A stretch of 55,727 bases of DNA, filler included, from Bipalium vagum (Eukaryota), in the NCBI GenBank assembly GCA_037834085.1. It is 3 parts of 3 records of this genome, joined end to end, with 100 filler letters (N's around TTAATTAATTAA, not from the genome) between each part and the next. Parts side by side here need not be neighbours in the genome. Positions count along the whole stretch, not along the records: positions 17,200 to 36,844 come from JBBMKC010270742.1; positions 36,945 to 55,727 come from JBBMKC010019796.1; 1 more part is not named here. One strand, 5' to 3'. A program made the translations under genes and the position numbers. Shown piece by piece: positions 25,601-38,265 of the stretch (position 1 is the first letter of the stretch; the number at the start of each line of letters is the position of its first letter). The notes beneath the pieces were generated by a model. That model ran no database searches and was not told the DNA's origin. It saw only the letters and a program-made list of their open reading frames with translations.

Positions 25601-25846
25601 CATATTATTTACTATAGTATTATATTATTAAAATAATCTTTTTGTCATGTATCTTAAATCAAGGCCCTCATTAAGTCTGCTTCTGTCTTTAAGATACAAT
25701 TAGAGTGGTCTTTTTCATTTAAAATCAAATGACTTAAGCATTACAAAATTATATAAAATTAATCGAAAAATGAAATGGTTAACTATTCCAGTAAATATTC
25801 AGCTAAAAATTAGAAATTTTATTCGATCCTTATTTATTTGTTTAAG

Positions 25847-26945
25847 GACCAATATGGGAGCTAAAGAGAAAAAAAGATGAAGCCGCCTCAAGATCTGCTA
25901 TTGTTCTTACCAAAATCCAAGTTCATTCTCCCATCTCCTCATTAAGCTTTGATTCAGCTTCAAAGAAACTGGAGAACTATTACGAGCACACGACATTTCA
26001 GCAGAAAATCAATCAGAAATCCATCAAATCTCCAACGAAATTTCGACATTATCATGCACAATTTAAAACGAGATCAATTGCAAACGATAATGAATTTTCA
26101 TCAGAAAGCGATCTTCAAAGCACAATTTATCATCATCCGTCTTCTGAGTTCGGTCGGCGACCGAATTGTCGCTGGCTTGCTGAAAATCAAGAATCTCCTT
26201 ATCTAGATTTAATATGGGCATCCCATAAAAAGTGTTCTCCAATTGACCAGTCTCCGCCCTCTATAAAATTATTTGATACCACTATCAAGAATGAAGATAT
26301 AGAAATTTCGAATTCAGAAAAAAAGAAATCCAAACCGAAATTAAAATCATTCAAAACCAACCAGGTGACGACCTCTCAAGAGATGCCTCTAATATCGAGG
26401 TCTTCTCACCAGGATTCAGGATATTACAGTATGGAACCAGACAGTACTCAGATATCACATATGAATACATCTATATGTATGCCGCTACCCATTTTGTCTT
26501 TCAGTGATAATCAGAAACAAGAAATGCGTTGTAAATTTTATTCTCGAATTTCACCAATTAAGTCATTAAATATTGATCAATACAAAATCAACCCCATGAA
26601 TAAGAAAAAAAGCTCCATTAGGAAGTTATGCAGAGGCAGCTCAATGGATGAAAGCTTTCTGTACAGTCGTCAGTCGAAGATTGACGGAACAACCTTCAGT
26701 CGTCTCAACAATGTAAGATCAAAATTTTCTGACGACACTTTTAAATCTGATCTAAAGCCTTCTACAACCAAAGTTGGACTGGAAAAGCAGGAAATATGTG
26801 CAAAAATAACGATATTTGATAAAAACAAATCCAATTCGGAAAGTAAATTGAGAATGTTGAACTTTTCAGAAGAGACTCAATTCAAATTTCCAGAAGAAAA
26901 GGATGAGAAGGAAAATGAGTTTTGTTTGACCAGAAATCAGATGAG
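25847..26945 (+). CDS. jph: Junctophilin exon (Ser/Lys-rich divergent region)
   Basis: 1099-nt exon, open throughout (GPIWELKRKK...TRNQMR); phase-1 join to 18153 restores QPGP; AG at 25845-46, GT at 26946. Confidence 0.8.
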
Positions 26946-27621
26946 GTTGTATATCACTTGTTCCTTTTATCCAATATATAAAATAAAATTTACAATCTCT
27001 TTTATTTAATATTATCAAAAGTATTAAATTAATTTCTTTTATTTTTGCCTAAAATATGCTAATTTTTCTACTTTGACGTTTACACAAATTCTCCCCCGAA
27101 CAGGTTAATGAAATTTATTTCCATTTAAAGATTAAATTTACCCAAAATTAACATTAATGAAAATTATTTTTTTATGTTAATAAAGTACAAAATAATTTAT
27201 TTAACAATTACGAAAAATCAACAGTTTTCCTTTTATAATTTATAATTTATTTACCGAGTTATATTTCATGACGAAAATTGCTCTTATTCAGATATTTATA
27301 ATATCAAATAACAAAATAAATAATTTTATTTTCTCTTTCAAATGTTATTTAAAAAATGAAGAAAGTTTTTATTACAAATTAATTATTTATTCATATATAT
27401 GCCTGTCAACAGTAAATGTCTTTTATTTGTAGCAAAATATTGAAATTTCATCCAAATATGTCAAAGGAAAAATTTTGTTGGATTTTAAAATTAATTCGAG
27501 AAAATTAAATTTTTTTTATTATTTATGAATTAATATTTAAAATATGAATATCAGTGAAAGACAGAAGAAATAGTTTTGCTAAGCAAGTGATTATAAATTT
27601 GATTTTATCATCAGAATATCT

Positions 27622-27624
<3 letters not shown>

Positions 27625-27679
<55 letters not shown>

Positions 27680-27692
27680 TGAAAATAATAAT
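27625..27692. repeat. (AAT)n microsatellite
   Basis: Direct run. Confidence 0.95.
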
Positions 27693-28547
27693 ATTTACTG
27701 CTACTTATACATACATATTTTATACATTTTTATATATTTTTTCAATTTCTTATACTTGTGGAAAGATTATTTGTAGTAAAAATTCAATTTTTTGTAAAAA
27801 AATATTTACCTTTCTAAAAAGGATTAAAATGTTATTTAAATAAAAAATATTATTAATTCTTAAAAACGAAAAATGAAAATTTACTGTTTAATATATATCA
27901 TTGCCAACCTAATTCAATATCTGGAGTAAATTGTTCTCATAATTGATACATATAAATTATTTAATTATAGAATGATTTGGTTTCCATAATTTTTTTTAAC
28001 AAAAATAATTAAAAATTACAGTTCATAATTTTCAGATAATTTTTTAATATTTATGTAATAAAATTTATTTTGTCAGATATTTATGTGTATTTCAAACATT
28101 TTCAAAATACAGGTTTTAATTAATAATTTTTAAAATAATTTTTTAAAAAATAAGAATATTGATTACTGAAATTTATTGATTTTTTTCGATAATATGTTAT
28201 GTATTGATGTCATTATTAATGGATATTTTATTAAAACTACTTGCTTTTAATTGATAAAATTTTTTGTTTTGATTTGTTATAGATGATTTATAAAAATATA
28301 ATGAAAACTATATATCATTATTTTTCTGAAATAATAAAATAAACTTTAAATCTCAAATAATAAAAATAATTATTAGTAAAATATTTTTCGAAGGAACATT
28401 CATTAAATATATATCTAATAAATCTATTTTAATTTCGCAATAAATAAGTATGATGAATGCAATGTAAGCATTATTTATTAAAATTTCATTCAAATAAGCC
28501 AATATAATGAATAAAATAAATATGATAAATTTTAATCATATATTTCA

Positions 28548-29285
28548 AATAAGTGGATGGTTTGAAAAGTTCGCGAAATGAATCATAAAGAAAATTTGTA
28601 TAATCAAGGCTTCATATTTATCGTAAAACAATATCATTAATATTAATAATTTTCAACTAAGAAACTAATTTGTAAAACATTTTTTACATCAATTCAAATT
28701 TACTAGTTTTGACTATTTTAGAAAACGGACAAGTTTGAAATCCGAGCAGTGATCAAATATTTAATAAAAAACATTCAACTACCCAAATCCATCAAGACAT
28801 TGTAGAAATATTGGACAGTAATGCCCCATCATTTACGACAGTCTATAAATAGGTTACGAAATGTAGCTAGGGTCGTACAAGCCTGAACGCCCAAAATACA
28901 TGAAGCGGTTCACCAAGATCGTCGATTGAAGGTATCAGTTAGAGCTAACAGAATGGAATTGGTGTATTTTTTGCATAACGAATTAGACATGAAAAAATTT
29001 ACGACAAGATGGGTGCCGCTTTTGGATACAGTTGAACATAAACAGGTGAAAATAAACCTTTCTCAAGAGTGTTTGGTATATTTTCAGGAGAATATATCTT
29101 ATTTTGTGCGAAGATTTGTAACCACTGGGGAGACATTGGTTCATTACTACATCCCAGAAAGCAAAACACATTATCTGTTGGAAAGGTTATAGCATAAATA
29201 TTTTATGATTGATTATCTCAAAAAAAGTGAAACAATCAATGGAGAGTATTATTTAAAACTGTTGGATTATCTAAAATTGTTGTTT
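28548..29285 (+). mobile_element. Degenerate, internally deleted mariner (irritans/Himar-like)
   Basis: DKFEIRAVIKYL, LDMKKFTTRWVP, FVRRFVTTGETLVHYYIPESK, IDYLKKSETINGEYY; TIR-like ggatggtttgaaaagttcgcg. Confidence 0.85.
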
Positions 29286-29844
29286 CAAATGCCTAAAATA
29301 TTTTAGATAAGTTTTCTTTATTACATTTTTTGTTGACTTATCTTTTTAAAAGATTTTATTTTAAGATATAAATAAAGTTATATTAATAAGAAAATTTCAT
29401 TTAACAATTAACAATGGAAAAAAGAGGTTATAAAACGGTCATTAATTTCTTCAAAAACTAATATAAGAAAACAGGAATGTATGATAGAATATAATAATAT
29501 AATGTGTCACAAATAGTTATGGATTGAAAATAAATTTTATTCTCTGTACTCTGACCAATGCCGATGTAGACTTATTGATTCTTTCGTGATCCCTAATGTC
29601 AACTGAATTTTTTATTCTCTGAATTTACTAGACCAAATCTAGACCACCCACTTTTAGTTAAATTAATATTGGTTTCATTTTTAAGCTTAAATTCTGTATG
29701 AGATTTATAATAATAGAACATTAAATGCGAATTATTATTAGTAGTAGTAGTTTCTGTTTTCAGAACACAAGTTTTAAAAAATATTCCTAACATGATTTTA
29801 AGAAATAAAGAAAAATAAACTTTATATTGGAAATTATATTACAG

Positions 29845-30025
29845 AAGTAGCAAGCGACGAATTCCTGCTTTAGCCAGAAGTCCGCCAGCCTTTACTCATG
29901 ATGACGAGTCAGAAAACCTTTTTAACAAGAACTATTCCATGGCTTGCAGTAATAAAGAATCATTAATTAGTTTTTGCTCTAAATTGGTCAGTTCAAATGT
30001 TATTGAGCCTCGGCAGAGATCCAGA
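29845..30025 (+). CDS. jph: Junctophilin exon
   Basis: acag acceptor, phase 2 matching 26945; open frame SSKRRIPALARSPP...PRQRSR; GT at 30026. Confidence 0.72.
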
Positions 30026-30071
30026 GTAACTTTAATGTTGAAAATAATTTTCACTTAATAAAATTAATTAG

Positions 30072-30320
30072 ATTCCCATTAGCAAATTTGGTTCCAATAA
30101 ATTGTTCAAAAATCCAAAAATCCCAAATAAATATTCCAGTAGCTTTTCCCGGTCACAAAATACTTATCCAAAATCCATACCGCTGAAAACTGAAAAGAAG
30201 GAAATACCAACGGATTTAACCATCTATGATTTATTCAGTGTAATTTTATCGGCTTGGACCCAATATTGGATGCTCAAGTTTCGTTTTTCAGTAATGTCGT
30301 CTCTTGTTGCTACAATCAAG
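30072..30320 (+). CDS. jph: Junctophilin exon
   Basis: 46-nt intron 30026-30071; IPISKFGSNKLFKNPK...SLVATIK, phase 0 at both ends. Confidence 0.72.
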
Positions 30321-30454
30321 GTTTAATTATTCTTTTTTCATAAAAAAATATTATTTAAAATAAAAAATAAAAATTTTAAAACCATAAAGTTAAATATGAA
30401 ATAAAAGATTTTTAAACATTTTATAAACATAATATATACAATGAAATCTGTCAA

Positions 30455-31717
30455 TGTTGGGTACCTTTCGGACCGAACATTTTGCCCAACATATAGAGGT
30501 GCCAAAATTATAGAGAGTTCATGAAAAAAAAGTTAATATTTAATTTTAATAAAAATACAATAAAATGATCAACTTAAGCAGATGCCCAAATTAACAAGTT
30601 TTATTGTAATAGAAAATATAAGAATAAAGTAAATAAATGAAATATATATATTGTTCACTATTTAGTGTATCAAATTTAAACCTGGTTCCAACTCTTAGGT
30701 GGTGCAAATAATAACAATCAGTAAAGCAACAATTTGTATTTATACAACACAATCACAAAATACAGAATGATAATCAAAGTCTGTGATCACAATTTTAATG
30801 TCTGAAATCTTTCAAACTTTCAAATCAAACCACTTCTCAAAATAAAATAAAATATAATCAAACAACAATAAAGTCAAAGAATGGATTAATTAAATATATT
30901 GTCTTAATAATACTTAAAATAATTACTTTTTATATCAAATGGTTTTGTCAAATCCTATCAAAAGTCAATTAAAATGTAATGTTTAAATCAAAATCCAATT
31001 TAAAAAAAGTATTACTCTTACACTAAATTAATCAATATTATTAATTACTTTAACAACAACAAAAAATGAAGATTAAAGAAAATAGAAAAGTCTTACGGTT
31101 TATCTTCCGCTCTAACGGTTGCTCACCGATAACCCGCTGATGAAGAATTTTAAGCTTAGTCATATCATTGAAATAAACATTGAAATACTTGATGCGAAAA
31201 TAACTTCTTGAATTTGACAATGATTCTGCCTTCGTGAATTGAACTGTAATCTCCTTCGGAGCAATAGTCCTTTATCACAATAGCAATTTTCTTCAATATT
31301 CTTCGTAAATAACAATAATTATAAGCACGTTTTCTGAGGGGCAAAATTATGCTAAAATCCTTCTGCTTTTATACTTTTCTGAAACTGATCTTCATCTAAA
31401 GATTATTCTTGAAATAATCTCAAAATTAATCTTAAAATGCTAAAAATTTCACTAAAACTCTAAAATTCCATAAAAATTATTTTCTGATCACTATTAATAT
31501 TTATAAATTACTTCTTTTAGAATAAAAAATACTTTTGGAGGACTGTTTTATTTTTTAAGTATTTTCAAAATAAAAATATCTGGAAATTTTTAATTGTCTT
31601 TCAATTGTTAATTAATTTTAATTATTAATATTATTATTAATTTTTTAAAAATTTAAACCCTTTTCATGATTTTCCTTGGTTTTATTTTCCCGGGGGGTGT
31701 CTTGGATAAACCCAACA
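30455..31717 (-). mobile_element. Solo-LTR-like element in the junctophilin intron
   Basis: Bounded by inverted termini TGTTGGGT...ACCCAACA; TATA-like GTATAAAAG on the minus strand near 31366-31374; no target-site duplication seen. Confidence 0.45.
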
Positions 31718-31734
31718 ATATAAATATAAATATC

Positions 31735-32290
31735 CGAGAATACATTGACAATCGATTGGCTTTTACTTTCTCAAGTTTGAATATTGATCTCCGGTTGCCG
31801 CTCTTTTATTAATAACGATTCGCATACCTTCCGTTCATCGTTATTATCAAAATTATTCACAAGTACTCGAAATTCTTCAGTGTTAATTTTCCCTTTTCTC
31901 ACAACACAATTCAAATAATGATCTAAAACTTTACTCGTTCTGCTTAATTTCGAATTTTCACTAATACGTACGAGGTGACGCTTCGTCTCCCCTATCTATA
32001 GGCTATTACACCCTTGACATTTAAATTCGTATACGATATTAGGTTGCAATATTGCAAGTTTCAATGTCAACTGCTAAAAGTCAAATTCCATTTCCAATAT
32101 TAACTGATTCTTAATATTTACTTAAGAAAAAGTTGTTTATCAGATTATCATTTATTTCTGAACTCACATCTGATCTTACTCATTAGTTTTTGCAAATGTT
32201 TATCTCATTGTTGATAGCTACGGTTGATTTGCTAAACCGGACCAGTACAAATCGGATGTTGTTTAACTGATTTCAGTTAATGAGTACATG
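31735..32290 (-). mobile_element. Penelope-like retroelement remnant (GIY-YIG endonuclease)
   Basis: Reverse translation NIVYEFKCQGCNSL*IGETKRHL..RISE...VLDHYLNC...ERKVCESLLIKERQPEINIQ fits the Penelope/Poseidon GIY-YIG with its Cys pair and terminal ESLxI..xP.xN. Confidence 0.85.
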
Positions 32291-33017
32291 ATAGCCAAAA
32301 TAAAGTATTATAATAAAATAAATTTATTAGAAAATACCCTCAATCGATATTTGTTTTATTTCTGTAAAAAACAGCATATAGTTTCATACATATAAGGATA
32401 AATAATATTATGATATTAACAATCCCATTTATCGACATTGAAACTATTGTAGGACCCAACACAACATTGCAGTGAACAGAAATATAAACAATATTGAAAT
32501 TTATTGATCATCAAATACGAATGAAATTCAGTTTTATAAATCTTTAAAATTGTGTAATAAAATTGTAATTAGTATTAATAACTGAAAATTTAATGATTAT
32601 TTTGAAATATTATGACTTGAGGTCAATATGACTTCGGCTGGAGGAAGTAGCTTCTGGAAATAGAATTCTTGTAATAAAGATGATTTGCATTTTGAGAAGC
32701 CCAGAAAACCTTTTATGAAAATTGTTTAAAAATTCATTAATTAAAACAAATATACATAATATTGCGAAAGATACTGTAACTATTACACGACTTTGCATAT
32801 CGCTACATTGAATAAAATGAATAAAAAAAGAAATCTCAATCATATTTCATTTTTAATCCAAATTTAATATTAATATAAAAGCTAATAATATTATTAAAAT
32901 ATAATTTGATTCTATCTTTTAATCAAATCAAAACTGAATTTTAAGTGAAATTATTAAAAAAAAATATATTTTTCATTTCGATTTTCTCATTTAATAACGT
33001 TATTATTTTATATTCAG

Positions 33018-33125
33018 ATATGGGTGGAAGAAAATTTATCAATATGCATTGTTCTTATCATCAATATTATATTGGTATTAATATTTTCTCACATCCTTTT
33101 GACGAAAGTAAACAAGGAGGAATAA
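33018..33125 (+). CDS. jph: Junctophilin terminal exon (C-terminal transmembrane tail anchor)
   Basis: ttcag acceptor; IWVEENLSICIVLIINIILVLIFSHILLTKVNKEE* parallels the junctophilin tail (IVLV.LLNIGLAILFVHFLT). Confidence 0.85.
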   Translation: MWVEENLSICIVLIINIILVLIFSHILLTKVNKEE

Positions 33126-34145
33126 TAAACTTTTAGAAATATTTCGGTTCTTTCTCTGAAATTTATTATTTATGGAAATTTTATATTCCATTATAGATTT
33201 TAAAATTGTTTATAAGACAGATTAATGTATTTTGTGATATTCCCTATTTATTAGTGATTTTAAAAGATTGGGGCGAGAACGTTATTACAATTATTATTTT
33301 TATTACAATTACTAGTATTAATAATTGTGTTATTATTATTTGATCATGTAACTATACTGGTTAAAGTTACTTTAGGAATTCCGAATTGATTGAAAATTTC
33401 ATGTTTGAATTGATTTGATTTCTAGAACATAATAAAGTCAGTTAATGTTTTCATTGTCTTTTTCTTATTCATTTTGTTATATGTATACAGCCAAACATGG
33501 TCAATATGAACACCAACCTTTTTCTGCGTCTTCATAATGAGAAATTTATATGAACAAACATTACGTAACTCTTATAATTCTAAAATTCATATTAAATTAA
33601 TAAAATATCAAAATAAAGACATTTCATTTATAAAATTTATTCTTTTAATCAATTTTCATTTCTTTGACAAATAACGAGGTCTGTAATTTTCATTTGTCGA
33701 TTTATTTTCGCCTTGAATATCATCGTGTCGGGTATTAAAATCTGACACCGAAAGCGAATCTCCAGATTTTTGAAGATTGTTTATGCTTCTTAATGAAAGA
33801 TTATACTTTGATGCAAGAAATCTCTTCTTTTTCGTTTTTGACTCATCCTTTGTATATTCCTAATATGCGGATAATATTTATTATCTAAGCAAAATTGTTG
33901 ATAATGACCGGGTTTATTAATAAATGAAAAACAGAAAATTAACTTATTTTAAACTAAATAATATTCATTGTTCAAAATGAACATGGTTCTTATTGAAAAT
34001 CATTTTTTCGCATAATTCATAGAGTTTTAAATAATTTTGAAGTTATATGTTTATATTGAAGTGTGCCCGTATTCAACAAGGTTCATATTGACCAGGTTTG
34101 CCTGCATATATTTATATTAGTAAACTTAATTAACTTATTATTAAA

Positions 34146-34879
34146 TATTGGGTTGTTCAAAAAGTCAGTGCGTTTTTTTAGTAGTTTTGATAATTTGAGA
34201 TTTTTTACTTAATATACACCGCTATATCAATATTTACAATTGATTGTTTATTTACATTAAAAATTAAAACCTTCATTTTTATTATATTAAATATTAATAT
34301 TATATTACCATATAAAATTAAATTATTAGAATACATAATAGATGGATCTTTTGCTTATAACAGCTTCAGATTTTCTATCTAAATGAATTTTGGTCAATCG
34401 TTTTCTTGTAAATTCTTATTTCTTAAGTTTTCGGGACACTGATGGTTGCGACAATCTAACTTTACAATGTTCAAATATCTTATCAGACATTTCTTTTTGT
34501 ATTAATGTATTATCTTTCACTGCAATTGTAAAAGGTGCTGCTCTGTAGTATTGAAACTTTTATTTCGTTCTATGTAAGTTTGTACTCGCAACTCAAAAGA
34601 AGTCTTAAATTTAGTGCCATCGTTGTACTTTTTAAAAAATATTTCTGACGTTATTTTTAATTATCTTCATCAGCTCGGCAATTTTTAGTGTAATATTGCT
34701 CCGATTCACTCATCGCTATAACAATATCATTTATTTATTTATTTGGGTACTTTCCATTATCTAAAAATACATAAATATTTTAAACTTTAAATGTAAAAAT
34801 GGATATACAAATTTAAGCAGTTATTTAATGAAACTTATTAAATTGAATAATGAAAATTACTAAGTTGAATAACCCTATA
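34146..34879. mobile_element. Internally deleted mariner / MITE
   Basis: Inverted termini TATTGGGTTGTTCAA and (reverse complement) TATAGGGTTATTCAA. Confidence 0.55.
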
Positions 34880-36632
34880 TAATAATAATATGAATTATCA
34901 TAATATATCAATAAAAAATATAAAATAGTAATTCCATAAAAATTTTTCTTTTCCTTTTAATAATTCAATAAAAATGAACTTTTTGTAAGCCAGAAAATAA
35001 AATAAACTGTAAAATTGATTTAAATATTATTAATCATTTAATATTTGAAAAGAAACAAAAATGTGATAAAAGTGAAATAAATAATTAAAAAGATTCTCAA
35101 ATTTTTAAAATTTAAATTCGGAATAAAAGTGAGAATTAAATCTACTGACAAATAGTAAGTATATAAAAACCTCCATTAAACTAACTTTATTTTGGTTTCT
35201 CTTTTAATTACTAATAACTGTTATGTATTACTGAAGTATAACCACTAGGGTATAAGGTTTTATAATATCTTATATTTGAAACGAGATTCTATTCATAATC
35301 GTTTATGTTGGTACATTAAATAATGCAATTTTCTTTTGTTTTTCTAAAACCAACAATAAATGCCAGTTTTCCCCCTTAAACAACTTTTCTTTATTTAATT
35401 GAATTTTAACATTAATTAGTCTGATCAATAAATATGGACCGTTAGATTTGATGTATATTTGACTTAATAAAGCAATGAATTAAGAATGCATTTCATATAT
35501 TTATTTTATATCTTATTATTATTTTTTATTATTAATTACTTATTTTATTTAATTATACTACCATTTTATTAACAGTTCAGTATTATAAACGCTAAATATA
35601 TGGTATTTAATGTTCACTATACATAATTTTGTCCATCATTCGAAAGAAAGTCTTTATATCTGAATATGAAGACTGAAGAGAATTCCGCTGAAATTTCTTT
35701 CTACGTAAATATCTATTTTTTGGCTAACGTTCTATCATGATGAAGTGTACTTTATCTTAATTGTTCAAACATCGTAACAAATTGAATTTTTACATATATT
35801 ACTTTTATTCAAAGACAACGGTTTTATATCGCTGAATCTCATTTTGATTAAATTAAATAACTTTGAATTATGGAAATCAATATTTTTAATTAATCACTAA
35901 AACAAACAAATGGTACCAATCGAGAATTGGAAAAAATCTTCTTGTTTGAGTTGAGCAAACGGATCTCTATTCCAGCGAGTGAGCTGAGCTGTATTTATTA
36001 TTGTTGAATATATCAAATTGTTGAATATATATATATATATATTACAGTAAAGTTAATAATTTTTTTATATAAAATAATATTTTCATAAAAATTATATTTT
36101 ATATTTTTATATTTTATACTTACTAATATATTTTTACAGTAATATTTATTTATTTATTTATACATTTTATTTGGACTCACTTCGTTACATATTTCTTTCT
36201 AATTATCGTGGGTTAACATAAATATTTACCTTTGTCTTTTCTCTTGAAATAAAACATTTTTAATTTATTATTATTTACATATTTATTATTTTTATCAAGA
36301 GAAAGAGCATCACGTTAACAACAAAAGTTGAGAAGTTCGTAAAAATCAAGACTTCACTTTTATTTAAATGCCAAATAATAAAGTTTGTTCATTCCAATGC
36401 CACGTTTACGCTCATAGTTATATTAATCAAATCAAAAATGTGATTCGGCTTCTAAAATAATCTTCTTCCTACTCCACCAATCTTTTAATAAAACAAATAA
36501 AATATTTTTATTTATTATTCGAAATCAATATGAATCACAAAGTATTGTAAATAATGACCCTTTATATTATACTATAATTCGCGACGCACTAATAATTACA
36601 TGTTAAAAGGAAAGGCAGATAACTATATTTAA

Positions 36633-36844
36633 TCTACACTCCTTTGATTAAGTCTGTTCACCCCCGTTTATTTTATTAAGAAATTTCATTTTCAAAAGAT
36701 TTAATACACATATACATATATTATTAATCAGACAACTTTATTACATATCCGAAATCACTCAAAATACTAAAATCTTGTTGCCCCACCTCTGGCTTTGACA
36801 ATAGCAGTCATTCTATCAGGTAATGATTCATATAATCCATGTAT
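36633..36844 (-). mobile_element. Tc1 transposon 3' end
   Basis: Reverse translation IHGLYESLPDRMTAIVKARGGATRF* is the canonical Tc1 C-terminus; TIR-like TACACTCCTTTGATTAAGTCTGTTCACCCC. Confidence 0.85.
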
Positions 36845-36944
36845 NNNNNNNNNNNNNNNNNNNNNNNNNNNNNNNNNNNNNNNNNNNNTTAATTAATTAA
36901 NNNNNNNNNNNNNNNNNNNNNNNNNNNNNNNNNNNNNNNNNNNN
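36845..36944. other. Artificial assembly spacer N44-TTAATTAATTAA-N44
   Basis: TTAATTAATTAA at 36889-36900 in Ns. Confidence 0.97.
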
Positions 36945-37254
36945 CCTGTCGATTTAAAAAACAACACACCATCAACGCAACCTTACTACTCATCTGAACG
37001 TTACACACTATAAACCCTTCTCACTAGATTTCGAGCTTCGTTAAGTTTTGAAAGAGTAACAACTTAAACCCTCATTTCAAATACTTAACACATTTACAAA
37101 AATAATGCTTTGGAAATTTTTGATTGGGAATATGTATTTCAACATATTCTCTCATATAGTTAAATAAAAACTAATTCGAAGTTCTTATAATATTATATAT
37201 GTATCATTTTATGGAAATTATATGGGTGGCCTAAAACTTATGAACAGCATTGTA
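36945..37254 (-). mobile_element. Tc1-like element terminal fragment
   Basis: Reverse strand begins TACAATGCTGTTCATAAGTTTTAGGCCACC, a Tc1-type TIR. Confidence 0.55.
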
Positions 37255-37651
37255 TTTAAATCTTACATGCATTTTAGATAAATACTTATGAGACAAGCAA
37301 TTGATTGAAAAATGGAAAAAATAGGTAATTACTAAAAACGCATAACTTATATACATTAAAATAAAATAATACAATTAACATTTTGTTTGTAAAATGTTAC
37401 TTAGATCGAAAATAAAAACCCAAACTATATTTTAATTTGTAATTTACTAATAAAATAATACAATTGTACAATATAATTTTAGCTATGAAACCAAGGTTAA
37501 AATTATTAATAACAAATATTTAAAATGCGTAAATACTTATGAATTTCAAAATTTTACGGTTGTTTTACTTGTTCAAAGACAATATATTTATTTGATGAAG
37601 ATAGATTATATATGTGCGTTTTTTAAATAAATTATTCCAATAAAAATTTCA

Positions 37652-38059
37652 ATGAATGAATGTATTGATGCATACTTATCCAAATACTTAAATGGTAACA
37701 GTCCAAAAGATTCATTAGAAATTTTTCAATTATGTGAAATATGTGAAAAGTATTTGACTGAGCCAATTTTGTTGCCATGCTTACATATTTTTGATAAAAA
37801 CTGCATAATTGGTATGGATAATGATTTACTGGATTACAATCAGATCAAATGTCCAAAATGTGATTTTACAACAGTTCTTTCAATTTCTCAACCACTAAAT
37901 CTGAATATCTTCAATAAGAAATCAGACTCCATCAGCAAAGATTTGGAATCAGATGACAACATTAACAAATGTATTCTCTGCACAAATGATGAAATTGGAA
38001 TTTACAAGTGTTCAGACTGTGCAGGTATAATTTGTGAAAGATGCAGAGTTTTACACAAA
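37652..38059 (+). CDS. mei-P26: TRIM-NHL protein (Mei-P26/NHL-2-like) exon 1: RING plus B-box 1
   Basis: CEIC...PCLHIFDKNC...CPKC RING; CILC...CSDC..ICERC..LH B-box; in-frame TAA at 37628 upstream of the ATG; GT at 38060. Confidence 0.85.
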
Positions 38060-38106
38060 GTTTCGTTTTTATTTTATACTGATCTTTAGATGATAAAATT
38101 TTTCAG

Positions 38107-38265
38107 GAAGTCGTCATATTTCAGTCACATACAAACATCCAAGAATTGACTCAAAAGGAAAAAGACAATATCAAAGATCTTGTTAAATTTCTTGCCGAAA
38201 ATAAACCTGCGAGATGTCATATTCACAAAGAGATCAACATTGATATATTTTGCTATAAATGCTTT
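38107..38265 (+). CDS. mei-P26: Mei-P26-like exon 2 (end of B-box 1, start of B-box 2)
   Basis: 47-nt intron; EVVIFQSH...CHIHKEINIDIFCYKCF; GTAAGT donor at 38266. Confidence 0.85.

Noticed and set aside
25949-26206. Alternate-frame ORF, and antisense ORFs at 44865-45125, 45265-45450, 46401-46837 and 50999-51280
   Set aside because: Shadows of real exons in other frames or on the other strand
32453-32497. Possible alternative TM-less terminal exon of junctophilin (DPTQHCSEQKYKQY*)
   Set aside because: Weak polypyrimidine tract and no supporting homology
32610-32843. Minus-strand 77-aa ORF with a TM-like stretch
   Set aside because: Hydrophobicity is explained by AT-rich codon bias; intronic antisense location; no motif
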